Assembly (NCBI GenBank): GCA_951406725.2
Contig: OX597817.1
Location: 56,854,001-56,918,000 of the forward strand
DNA length: 64,000 bases
Origin: Octopus vulgaris
Taxonomy: Eukaryota
Reading direction: 5' to 3'
Shown in pieces: positions 13,247-24,666 of this stretch. The notes beneath the pieces are model-generated. The model saw nothing but the letters and a program-made list of their open reading frames with translations. It was not told where the DNA came from and ran no database searches. Position numbers and translations under genes: made by a program. The number at the start of each line of letters is the position of its first letter. Positions within the stretch are counted from its first letter, which is position 1.

Positions 13247-14782
13247 TGTTTCTTTATTGGCCACAAGGGCCGAACATAGAAGCAAATAGGGACAATACAA
13301 AGCAAGGGACAAGTGGGGTTTAACCCCCAAAAAATCGATTAAACAATAAAATAATGACAATTAACAATATAATTAAACAATAAAAAATTCTCCAAAAGTG
13401 GAGAGTTCCACATAGGGACCACTGAGGAACCCCATACATCCTGGTTACCCCGAACGCGAGGTGCACCTCGGTAGGCGCTTCTCTCCTTCTCGACTCCTCC
13501 GGTTTACAAGCGAATGTTCAGAGTAGGCCCATTCACACGTGCCATCCTCGCCACATTCACCCACCTTTCAACAGAAATATTGGGGGTGGGGCAGAACTTC
13601 CTTCACTTTCACTTTCCTTTTCAGATGGAATTTGGAAAAGTCGACGAGGGCTTCGCCGAAGAGGAAAGCATCTGTCTTCAGACCTTTCAATCTCGCCCAC
13701 AACACTACCTCCTTCGCCATAACCACCAAACAGATGAAAACTGACGTTTTTTTCTCGGCCAAAAGAAGGCGGCGGTGCGATCTTCACGGTGGACACGGTT
13801 GATAACCGGATCCGTCCTACACGCCTCAACAAAGCTCCACAAGTCAGTAGTGCCCGGACACTGGACGAGTGCAGGCGGGGCGGTTTAATTGCCCTGCGTA
13901 CACCTCGGACAAGTCCGTCAGACAGCACTTCCGTATCTGTAGGACTTGTCTCAAACCGACAGGGCTCCCTGGTAGCACTGCCAGGCCAGCGATTTCTGGA
14001 AGTTATCTGTAGGCTCCGGCCCGAAAGTCCCCCGGAAAAGACCAGCTGATTGATCTTTACCGACGCCCAGAATTACTCCGAGGACGTCATCGTTCTTTCC
14101 CGCCACCAATCCCTTATAGAACTCCATAATGGAACTTCAGATTGTCACTTTCATTTATTACCACGCAAGCGAGTACCCACTACAGATCTAGTTCTGGTGG
14201 CACTTCCTATATGATAATCTTCATCGCCCTTCTTCCCATATATGTAATCAAGAGCACGAATACCTCGCTACAGCAGGCGGCCAGCGAGTGTTTAATAGCC
14301 AGGTCCTCAGTTTTAAAAACTTTCACCCCGACTAACTGCTTCACCCTCGATATACGACCGATGTCCTGCTAAATATCGTGAAGGACCCTTTCTATCTAGG
14401 TGTTCGTTGCCATTCCGAGCCGTTTCGATTTACGACTAATGCAGTGTTACGTCACTATTTTCCTGGCTGTGTTTTCTAACGTTTCTGGTGGTGGTGATAG
14501 TCTGCCCTCTTCCCATCGATTTTTCTAAATTTTAAAATGGACGTCGCCATCTTGACGGAATTGCTTTTAAACGCCTCTCGAGCGATATTCTGGTGGGCTT
14601 AATATTACCCCTTACAGGGCCAAACAACCACAGAAAACCTAGTCACAAGTTCTTGGATTTTTCAGTAACAAATTGGAGCGAAAATTCCGAGCGAAAAACA
14701 GCACCAAACGGGTGTATAGAATGAATATAATGAAGACTTACTTCGAGCGTTCGAAAACACGTCCGACGTACTCCGCAGCAAA
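13247..14782 (-). mobile_element. Internally deleted, degenerate Tx1/L1-like LINE
   Basis: ORF2 C-terminus remnant (LLRRVGRIRLS...FICLVVMAKEVVLWARLKG...ERWVNVARMARVNGPTLNIRL*) and AATAAA at 13253-13258. ORF1-like remnant (ITYMGRRAMKII.*EVPPELDL*WV) at ~14170-14260. Putative 5' UTR with CAAGATGGCG. (TAA)n on both sides. Confidence 0.65.
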
Positions 14783-14802
14783 TATAATGATAATAATAAT
14801 AA

Positions 14803-15000
14803 TCCTTTCTACTAGAGGCACAAGGCCTGAAATTTCGGGGAGGAGACTAGTCGATTACATCGACCCCAGTGTTTCACTGGTACTTAATTTATCAACCCCT
14901 AAAGGATGAAAGGCAAAGTCGGCCGCGGCGGAATTTGAACTCAGAACGTAAGGACGGACGAAATGCCGCTAAGCATTTTTGACGAGCGTGCGAAAGATTC
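14803..15000 (-). mobile_element. SINE family B with ...GGCCTTGTGCC..AGAAAGG(ATT)n tail
   Basis: Reverse complement of the family B core. Confidence 0.8.
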
Positions 15001-15086
<86 letters not shown>

Positions 15087-16935
15087 TTGATAGCCTACCA
15101 CATAGCTGGATTAGGAAATGCCTTGAAATGTATAAGATAGCACCAACTCTGCGAAACTTCTTGACTGTAAGTATGAGATCATGGAGAACCACACTAACTC
15201 TGAACAGTGACAGTGAATCCCTAAATGCTGGTGATGTAAAAATTTCGTGTGGCATTTTCCAGGGTGACTCACTGTCACCACTCCTCTTTTGTTTATCCTT
15301 AATACCTCTCTCAAAGCTGCTCAATGACGCGCAGTACGGGTATAAAATGTTTGATAAAAATATAAATCATCTCGTTTACATGGATGAGTTAAAGCTTTTT
15401 GCAAAAAATGATCAACAACTCAAGGGCTTACTAGCGATAGTCAAACAATTCAGTGACGACATCAGAATGCAATTCGGCCTCGATAAATGTGCAAAGGCTA
15501 CCTTTATCAAAGGAAAAATGACAGAAACATCTAACGTTAACCTTGACCAACAGAATGTCATAAAAGAACTAGACCCAGCGGAGAGCTACAAGTACCTAGG
15601 GATAATTGAAGGGAACGGAATAAGGCATTCAGAGATGAAGGAAAGGATCAGGAGAGAATGATATCGAAGAGTGAGAGCAATACTCAAGACAGAGCTGAAT
15701 GCAAGAAACAGGATCGAAGCAATCAATGCATTAGCTATACCAGTCGTGACTTACAGTTTCAATATTGTTAACTGGTCAATTACTGAAATATGTCAGCTCG
15801 ACAGAAAAATAAGGAAACTGTTGACAATGCATAGAATGCACCACCCTAAGGCAGATACAGAACGACTCTATCTGCCAAGAAAAGAGGAGGCCGTGGTCTT
15901 TTGCAACTGGCAATAACAATGAAGATTGCTACAATTGGCCTAGACACCTACCTGAAAAACTCTGAGGACTGGATGCTAAAACTTGTCTCAAAACATGAAA
16001 ACAAGAAAGCATCATACTCAGTCACAAAACAGGCAAAGGAATATCTAAGTGAATTCCGAATACAACCAATTTCGGAATTAGAGATAGATATACAAGAAAC
16101 AAGCACAGAAAAAGCTAGGCGCATGAAAACCCGTGCCAAAACTGCGGCCTTAGATATTCTGAATAATAAATGGCAAGAAAAACCTCTCTATGGCAAATAC
16201 CCAAAGAGAGCGAATAATGCAGATATCGACAAAGCCCTGACCCATCAATGGCTAATGGCCTCTGGCTTAAAATCTGAAACAGAGGGGTTTATCATAGCAG
16301 CTCAAGATCAATGCCTACCAACAAGAAACTACCAGGCCAACATATTAAAGATCAGAAGCAGTCCAACGTGTCGTGTATGCAAGCAACAAAATGAAACCAT
16401 TGACCATGTGGTCTCCAAGTGCAGTCTTCTAGCGCCTACAGAGTATCTCAACAGGCACGATAGAGCTGCACAATATATTCACTGGGTAATCTGTAAAAAC
16501 CTGGATTTGCCCCATGAAAAAAACTGGTGGGAACACAAACCACCCCCAGTGCTTGAAAATGACCACATCTCACTCCTCTGGAACTTCACCATTCAAACTG
16601 ACAGGAAGATAGATGCAAATAGGCCAGACATCATATTGAAAAACTTCAAACAAAGAACATGCCTCCTCATTGATATGACTGTCCCAATCGATATAAACGT
16701 ATCTGTCAAGACCTACCAAAAACTGAGCAAATATAAAGATCTTGAAATAGAAATCAGCAAAATGTGGAAGCTGAAGACTAAAACAATACCTGTTGTCATA
16801 GGTGCCCTGGGAATGATAGCAAAAGGGGCTGATAGCTACCTAACTCAGATACCAGGAAACCCAAAAATGGCAGAAGTTCAAAAGATAGTGCTCATGGGAA
16901 CTGCTCATATCCTACGCAAAATACTCTCTATGTAA
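15087..16935 (+). pseudogene. Disrupted RT-RLE polyprotein of the Dong-like element
   Basis: ORFs 14963-15661, 15671-15916 and 15901-16935 are one reading frame broken by a TGA at 15659-15661 and a frameshift near 15890. The catalytic YMDD reads YMDE. Confidence 0.9.
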
Positions 16936-17155
16936 TCTCAAGGTTTAAAACAAACATAATTTTCGGTTTAAAAAAAAAAAAAAAAAAAAAACCTTTTTTT
17001 TTTTTAGACATTCATTAGTACAACATCCCCACCCCCCAAATATATGGCACACTAGGCATAACAACAACATGAACTTCCAACCCTGTTGTCTCTTGAGGTC
17101 TCTGGGTGAGACTTGGAGCCAACTTGTACAAATATAAAGCAAAAGTCAAACATAG
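15087..17155 (+). mobile_element. 5'-truncated R4/Dong-clade non-LTR retrotransposon (RT + CCHC + RLE) inserted in (TAA)n
   Basis: Motifs DSLPH, GIFQGDSLSPLLF, HLVYMDE(L)KLFA, YKYLG, LYLPRKE.GRGL, CRVC-x8-H-x4-C, RHD, RPDII..LIDMTVP..K..KY, IPVVIGALG. 3' UTR 16936-17155. (AAT)n on both flanks. Confidence 0.92.
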
Positions 17156-17249
17156 AATAATAATAATAATAACAATGATTTTTTAGTAGTAGTTCGTTTG
17201 ATGAAGACATCACCGTCTTAGACAGAATAATATTCATAAAAACTTTTTT

Positions 17250-17564
17250 TATGTATGTATTCTCATGCATATAGTTGCATATCTAGACATGTTCTTATTG
17301 ATAAACTTCAGGAAAGTTCTACAGATTTTTACAGTTCCATTGATGAACTGGATCTGTAGCCTTCGAATTAGCTTTCTCCTTTCTGATTTTGAGAAGCGTA
17401 ATTTCTCAAAATTGGTATTTAGGCAGTGTGTTACATATCCCAGAGCTCCAATAATTACAGGTATAAACCTGAACTTGTAATCTGGATAGAGTAACTGTAG
17501 ATTTCTCAATAGTTCAGCATAGGTATTCTCTTTTTCACTGATCTTCAGCTTTATGTTATCATCC
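17250..17564 (-). mobile_element. 3' fragment of a second RLE-type non-LTR family, 5' junction on (ATAC)n
   Basis: DDNIKLKISEKENTYAELLRNLQLLYPDYKFRFIPVIIGALG...LQIQFINGTVKICRTFLKF, an RLE C-terminus (K..Y..L, P.IIGALG). Confidence 0.75.
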
Positions 17565-17665
17565 GTATGTATGTATGTATGTATGTATGTATGTATGTAT
17601 GTATGTATGTATGTATGTATGTATGTATGTATGTATGTATGTATGTATGTATGTATGTATGTATG

Positions 17666-18011
17666 ACCCTGCCTCAGTAAAGCTGGACTCAAGAGTTATC
17701 TTCGTAGTCATAAAGCGAGACAGATGAGTGATAACCTGGCCACTGGTGGTGGTGTTACACACCATACTAATCATATCTGTTGGGCATGTGGAAGAAAGTG
17801 TAATTCGGCGGGAGGACTTAAACGACATGCAAAGGTACATGAAGCCCAGTTACAACTACAGTCGGCTACTGCCGGTAAAGGTTTTAGCTGCCAATTCTGT
17901 ACAAGACATTGTAGATCTTTAGCTGGGCAAAAAAGTCACGTTCGATCACAGCACCAATAACAGTTAAGCTTCGTGCAATGGCCATACTCGATAACGAGGG
18001 GGGCAGCCATC
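17666..18011 (+). mobile_element. 3' end of an RTE-like LINE with tandem C2H2 zinc fingers, embedded in (GTAT)n
   Basis: In-frame PCLSKAGLKSYLRSH...CWACGRKCNSAGGLKRHAKVH...CQFCTRHCRSLAGQKSHVRSQH*. Short 3' UTR GGCCATACTCGATAACGAGGGGGCAGCC, then an (ATGT)n tail. Confidence 0.65.
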
Positions 18012-18035
18012 ATGTATGTATGTATGTATGTATGT

Positions 18036-18670
18036 AGACCAAGAAAAGAGTAACAAGAACGGATCAGTAGTTTAGTACAATTGTTTCATACTAAGAACAT
18101 TTTATTTAAAGCTGCAAATATTACAGCAAATATAATGTCAAGTATTCATCAGCTAAATCACATATATGTTTTCCAAACATCCTAGAGAGTGTAAATATCC
18201 TTATGAAGTATTAGGAGTGAGTTCTATGAATTTGAAGTAAGATTATAAGCAGACTTTATATGTTTTCCAACAATGAACAGTTTTTAAAAAAAGTTTTTAA
18301 AATGATTATTAACTTCCCAGAGAAGGTAAATCCATCCATAAAGATGCAGATATAAGTTCCAGGAGACATGGTCACACACCGGTTCAGTTCACATCTAACT
18401 GTTGCAGACATAATTTTATAGTAGCAAGAAAGACAGCGAGGTAGGTTTAGCCAAGGTAGGTTTAGCCAAGAATTTTATAGTAGCAAGAAAGACAGCGAGG
18501 TAGGTTTAGCCAAAGTAAAGGACATTCTTGTTACGTTTTTTCATGGTTATAATCACCCCACATAATTTTATGGTTAATACCATAAAGAATTCTGGTGCAT
18601 CTAAGTTAAGTACCATATTCATTTGAATTCATTTGAATTCATTTGAATCTTAATTGTTTTGCTGAAATTA
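18036..18670. mobile_element. Non-coding Penelope-like pLTR remnant with inverted ends
   Basis: ACCAAGAAAAGAGTAACAAGAAC at the left is roughly the reverse complement of ATTCTTGTTACGTTTTTTCATGGTT at ~18524-18548. Contains a hammerhead motif. The right end is homologous to 30420-30471. Internal ~44-bp direct duplication at 18412/18471. Confidence 0.6.
18071..18157 (-). ncRNA. Type I hammerhead ribozyme
   Basis: Minus strand UUUAG-CUGAUGA-AUACU[loop]AGUAU-GAAA-CAAUUG-UA-CUAAA: intact core, stems I and II pair, palindromic stem III. Confidence 0.75.
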
Positions 18671-18885
18671 TGTATGTATGTATGTATGTATGTATGTATG
18701 TATGTATGTATGTATGTATGTATGTATGTATGTATGTATGTATGTATGTAGACCTGAGGTATGTAAATATATGTGCGGTGTCTTGTGGAGGAGAGCTGAA
18801 GCTGAAAGAAGACCATACGAACAAAACGAAGATATCAGTAACCATTATGAAGATAGGGAATATCGGCTGGATTCGCTTTGTATAA

Positions 18886-19276
18886 TCTCTCTCTATATAA
18901 AGCTGAAGTTGTCTGTGTGTGGCAGGTTTGGTAGCCTTCAACTAACACTATCTCCTCCGAGACCCTGTGGCGCAAGTTGACCAAAATTGAGAGTATGATA
19001 GAAGAAGGCTTGCTCTTCCTTCCGTAGAAGAAAACATTCAAATCGGACCATATTAACACCAAAAATTATTTACTCAAAAAGGTGCTTTTTTTCAATGAAA
19101 ATCCCTATTTTTTACGATTCTTTGACTGCTGTGTCGCCATTTTTCGGTGTATTTCAACCGGAAAAAAGTTCACTTAAAGAGAATAACAAGCTACATAAGG
19201 CAAATTTTTTACTTTTCAAAAATTCCAATTCTAAAGGGTCGAAACAAACCCGAGCAACGCCGGGCGATACTGCTAG
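18886..19276 (+). mobile_element. Non-autonomous Helitron, family B
   Basis: A|TC start, 3' hairpin plus CTAG|T end; homologous to 6284-6662. Confidence 0.88.
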
Positions 19277-19806
19277 TGTCCTGTTATAAATCTCGAGAAC
19301 CAACAATATACAACGTAGCGAGTATTTCTAATTAAACCCAGAGACTAATGAAACCAAAACGACATTTTCGGATTTCTTCTTAACGCTCCGGCAGTTTCCA
19401 GTGTTGCGTGAAGGGCTTAAAAGAAGAGAAAATGCTTTCCAAATTCATTGCAGCATTCTCTGCACAATTGCATTTCAGGGCAAACTAAACCCCACTCATT
19501 CTTCGATCCAATTTCTTCCTCCCACTCCTCCTCCACGTCCTCCACGACGCTCCCTTCCCTCATTCCACTAAACAGTTACTCCCACTACATCCCTCAATTT
19601 TTACTACCCCGGTACATGCATCTGTCTCCCCCTCCCTCTCTCTGCTGGTCTGTGGAGGTTGAACTTGACACAAGGAACCTTCTTTCATCATTCTTCTGTA
19701 CCGAAGCGACATCAGATCCGTTGTCAATCTTCATCAATTCCGCTTCATGCTCCTTCATCAGGAGAAAGAAAGAATGAAAGAGGGAGACAGAAAGATAATA
19801 ATAAGC

Positions 19807-19838
<32 letters not shown>

Positions 19839-20132
19839 AAGGGGGAGGGAAGAAGCGAGGGGATTAGTTTTGTCTGCTGTTTATAATATTAATGAAAACG
19901 TCAAAAGTGCCATGTTAAGTTGTGAGACTGCGCGTGTTGGTGGGTGGTGTATCCGCGTGTGCGTGAGTGGTGTCAGTGTGTGTGTGTGTGTGGGTGCGTG
20001 TGTACTTTCATATGACGACCACACACACAATATACATTATATATATGTATATATATACATATATATGTATATATATACATATATATGTATATATATATAT
20101 GTATATATATATGTGTGTATATATATATATAC

Positions 20133-20185
<53 letters not shown>

Positions 20186-20228
20186 GTATATATATATATA
20201 TATGTATATACGTATATATATATATATT

Positions 20229-20311
<83 letters not shown>

Positions 20312-21013
20312 ATGTGTATGCATGCATGTACATATATTCATACATGCATTTACGCATTAATTAAATGCACGTGCGTGTTTTGTACCGGCATACATAATAT
20401 ATATATGTGTGGAGATAGAGAGAGAGAGAGAGAGATGGTGTGTGTGTGTGTATGTGAATGAATGTATGTATGAATGCTGTATGTATGTATGTATGTATGT
20501 ATATATAGACACAAACATACATATATACTGTGTATGGTATGAGCTTGTGTGTGTGTGTGTATGTGCGTGCGCGTGTGTGTGCATGTGTGCGTATGTGTGT
20601 GTATGTGTGTGTGTGTGTGCGTGTGTGTTCCTCTCTTATATATTTGTATTTGTAATTGAAGTACCGACAAAAATGTCTGAATTTGTTTCAGAATTTATTG
20701 CTGCTGCTGTTGCTGCTGCCGCTAATGTTGTTGTTGTTGTTGTTGTTGTATTCCAATGGTTTGAGAAAGTTGATGGGGGAGGGGGTTAGCTAACAAATAT
20801 AGCAATGGGTTTATTAGCTGCGCATACATTACACACACCCGTATATATATAAATATATATGCTACATATTACAAGCGTCTGTCTGTCTACAGATGTATAT
20901 GTAGACAGACACACAGACATACAGACAGACAGACAGATAGTAAGAGAGAGAGAGATATACTTATATGCATATATACATACATAATGACTGACATACGCGC
21001 ATACATACATACA

Positions 21014-21045
<32 letters not shown>

Positions 21046-21437
21046 GCTCTTTCTCACACATACACACACACAAGTACGCCCACTAACTTGCACTTACATA
21101 CATTTCACATTTACTCACATTTCACCGCATACATACACATACATACACAAACGCACACACACTTGCACATATATCCGCAATCAGTTCCTTCTGTTGAGGC
21201 TGTTAGCGACATCAGTTACGTTCGTAAATTTCTAAAGTTTGCATTCTTTTCCACATCGGTGAGGGGGGGTGGGGGAGATTGAGGAAAGAAAAGAAAGATT
21301 TTTCTCTGCTCCTTCCCTTTCTTCTCACCCCTTTTCTGCCCCCACCCCCCGAAAACGACGACGATGACGAAAATGATGATGGCGATGGTGATGATGGTAG
21401 TGGCGATGTTGAAGATGACGAACATAAACGATGATGA

Positions 21438-21474
<37 letters not shown>

Positions 21475-21619
21475 CGACGATGATGACGACGACGACGACA
21501 ACGATGATCCGCCACTGTGCGTCACCCTCTTCTCATTTTAAAGGCGCTCACTCCTCTTCAAGAAAACAAGGCAGCTTGGGACTCTGGCCAGTGAATGCGC
21601 CTGGATCCCTTATAAAACG

Positions 21620-22830
21620 AAGTCCCTTTTGTCTTCGTTAATGACTGTCCCACGGCCATTCATTTCTTTGTCGACACGGGCGCCAAAATTAAGCATCATA
21701 CCAGTTTCAATAACACTACCTGAAAACACCCCAATTTTTTTTTTTTTTTTGCACATTTTCTGGTCCTATCTTTTAGCAGATTCTTTGCTCTGGAGTTAAA
21801 AGCCTTTGTCGAGTTTTCATCGTGGCTATGTTGTTGACTTGTATTTCCTATATCATTTCGTTGTCTTTATAGATGTTATACGATGTCGGCTTATTGATAG
21901 TAACATCGAATCTCACTGTTTGTGACATAAACCATCCGGATACCTACAACCAGGCCTGATATTTTGCAGCCAACGACCACAAGTTGCAAGTACCCGGACC
22001 ACTTCTCACATGTACCCAGACATCACTCGCCCATTGTTTAGCGACAGCTCAAACATGTTACCCATCACATTGTGTCTCACGGTCCACCAGTCACTACGAA
22101 GCCACGAAGACTCCCTCAGAAACGTCTGAAGCCACAAAGCAAGAACTTCATCACATGCCCTCAGAATTATCCAGCGGCATCTGGTCCCTTAGAAAATAAG
22201 AAAATAGCGTGTGAGGAATATCGTGCACTCAACAACTGCACAGTTCTCGATAGCTATCCGAATCGTTCATTTGTGTGGGCAAATACCCAAATTCCTGTCC
22301 ACCCAGCAGACATTCTGAAAACAACGATCGCGACACGTTTTTGAATTGTACAATTCTGTGTTTTCTGAGTTGAGGAATTTTTATATTATGTGTTGTTGGG
22401 AGTGGAGACAGCATCTTGGTTGCTGCTTTCATTACATCTCAACTGTGTATGCTCCAGCCTCTTTCAGGTGTCTTCTGATTCACCCAAAATTTCTAGGTGC
22501 TTGTACTATATTAAGTAGTGCCTTTAGCCACTACGCTATGCCCGTAAGTAGTGTCAGAGTAATTTTTAAGGCTCAAAAACCTCCAATGATACATTGGCTC
22601 CGTACCTATTTCTGAGATGAGGAATTTTATATGAAGCATTTGTCCGATTAATACCTAAGATTTTTGAATTGTTTTAATTCCTTCAGATACCCTTTGGACC
22701 ATTTAACTCCCCGCAGACATTCCAGTGTTTCATTGACACCGTGACATGTGGTTTGTCTTTGGTTCACACAGATATCCATGGTTTAGTGGAAGCAAATAAT
22801 TCCGAAGAAAAACACGAAAGGCATCGGCAT
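21620..22830 (+). pseudogene. Degenerate Ty3/Gypsy pol relic (protease and RT)
   Basis: FFVDTGA at 21664-21684; HVTHHIVSHGPPVTTKPRRL; CEEYRALNNCTVLDSYP; FLQIPFGPFNSPQTFQCFIDTV (compare MPFGL.NA..TFQR). Many stops and frameshifts. Confidence 0.75.
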
Positions 22831-23084
22831 GTGAAATCGTTTTGTAGGCGGCAGAAGAAAACTGACTAAAGATGATAGAAGGAAAATCTCTGATAGTGAG
22901 AGAGAGAAAAAATCGACTTTGTTTTACAGGTATCGCGAATATATATATATATGCATTAAAGCAAAGCTAGGACTCGTTCTTCATTTTTAGTGCATTCCTG
23001 GCGGAGAAGTTGAAACGCTAATGGAAGTGGGTGCCGACGATGTTGTGTATGCTTGGGAGAAAATAGAGGGTTCGTTTGCTGTTT

Positions 23085-23290
23085 CTTTTTCTTTCTTCTG
23101 TTTCGAAGCAGGTCTGTGGGTGGTTGAGCCGCTTTTGTGCAGTGAGCAGTGAATCTCCATTAAAAACGTATCAGGTCCAGGAATTCATACAGTTTTGGCA
23201 GTGATATTGGTGCTGGAAAAAAATCTACAATGGACTTCACTTTCTCGGGGAATGGGTGGATTCAGTCCTTGTCGATAATGTGTCCGAGTA
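23085..23290 (-). pseudogene. Gypsy RT C-terminal relic, inverted
   Basis: LGHIIDKD*..PFPEKV.SIVDF...KLYEFLDLIRF*WRFTAHCTKAAQPPTDLL. Confidence 0.65.
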
Positions 23291-23569
23291 GTAGCGTTGC
23301 GCTGTGACAGATACGTTGCGAAGACATTAAAATACACACGCATACACACTTGCAAACAAACAAACGCGTAAGCAAGCAGACATACACACACACGCACAAA
23401 CATAACATAGAGGTATACATGCACTTACACACACACACACACACACATGCTCACACATACATACAAACGAACCCTAATGTGATCGGTCCTTCAATCTATT
23501 ACAAATAGTAGAGAATTCTGTCTCAAATGAAAGACACATTAGATAATGTTCTGAATGTAGAATTATCAT

Positions 23570-24020
23570 TTCTCGGACACATTATCGACAAGGACTGAAT
23601 CCGTCCCTTTCCCCGAGAAAGTGGAGTCCATTGTAGATTTTTCAAGCACCAACATCACAGCCAGAACTGTCACGGTGTCAATGAAAGGCGGCGAGCTGGC
23701 TGAATCGTTAGCATGCCGGGCAAAATGCTTAGCGGTATTTCGTCTGCCGTTACATTCTGAGTTCAAATTCCGCCGAGGTCGACTTTGCCTTTCATCCTTT
23801 CGGGGTCGATAAAATAAGTACCAGTTACGCACTGGGGTCGATATAATCGACTCAATCCGTTTGTCTGTCCTTGTTTGTCCCTTCTGTGTTTATCCCCCTG
23901 TGGGTAGTAAAGAAATAGGTATCAATGAAACGCTGGAATGTCTGTGGAGCATTACGTGGTCCAAAAGGTATCTGAAGGAATTCAAACAATTCAAAAGTCT
24001 TATGTATTAGTCGGACTAAT
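23570..24020. pseudogene. Rearranged second Gypsy relic (+ strand RT C-terminal piece fused to a - strand RT middle piece), interrupted by a SINE
   Basis: 23571-23670 is an inverted copy of 23188-23289. 23668-23686 plus 23920-24020 is an inverted copy of 22641-22746. Confidence 0.65.
23687..23919 (+). mobile_element. Full-length SINE family B with Tx1-like tail
   Basis: GGCGGCGAGCTGGC head through ..TGTGGGTAGTAAAGAAATAGGTA; flanked by the direct repeat TCAATGAAA (target-site duplication, TSD). Confidence 0.88.
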
Positions 24021-24021
24021 A

Positions 24022-24322
24022 AAAAAAAAAAGGAACCCTCTGTTGGTTACGACGACGAGGGACCCAGCTCGCTTGTGAAATTAACGTGCAAGTGGCTGAG
24101 CACTCCACAGACACATGTACCCTTAACGTAGTTCTCAGGGAGATTCAGCGTGACAAGCTGGCCCTTTGAAATACAGGTACAACTCATTCTTGCCAGCTGA
24201 GTGTATTGGAGCAACGTGAAATAAAGTGTCTTGCTCAAGGACACAACGCGCCGCCGGGGATTGAACTCACGACCTAACGACCGCGAGCCGAATGCCCCAA
24301 CCACTGAGCCACGCGTCTTCAC
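24022..24322 (-). mobile_element. Full-length SINE family A with 13-bp TSD
   Basis: A box TGGCTCAGTGG, B box GAGTTCAATCC, core GTGTCCTTGAGCAAGACACTT. TSD AGTCGGACTAATA at 24009-24021 and 24323-24335. Confidence 0.9.
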
Positions 24323-24610
24323 AGTCGGACTAATACATTACACAAGACAAGAGGATATCATAATAAGATACCTTTGCTTATAAGTATGAGAGATCAGGAC
24401 TGACCAAGGGCTAAATAATAACAATCACAACAGAACACACACACGCACACACGCACACACACACGCACACACACACACACATGCACACACAAACACGTAT
24501 TCGCAGATACTATAGCAGATAATAATATAAATAGGCAGGAAAACACAGATTAGAAACAGTCAAGGCGACATATTTTATTATAAGCATCTAAAGTACAACA
24601 CACATTATGT

Positions 24611-24666
<56 letters not shown>

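Noticed and set aside
17724-17960. Host C2H2 zinc-finger gene
   Set aside because: The frame begins abruptly at a microsatellite in mid-finger with no acceptor and ends in a LINE-like UTR and tail; called as a retroelement end instead
19594-19758. 54-aa minus-strand ORF ([14 protein letters not shown]...)
   Set aside because: Short, no recognisable motif and no convincing splice signals
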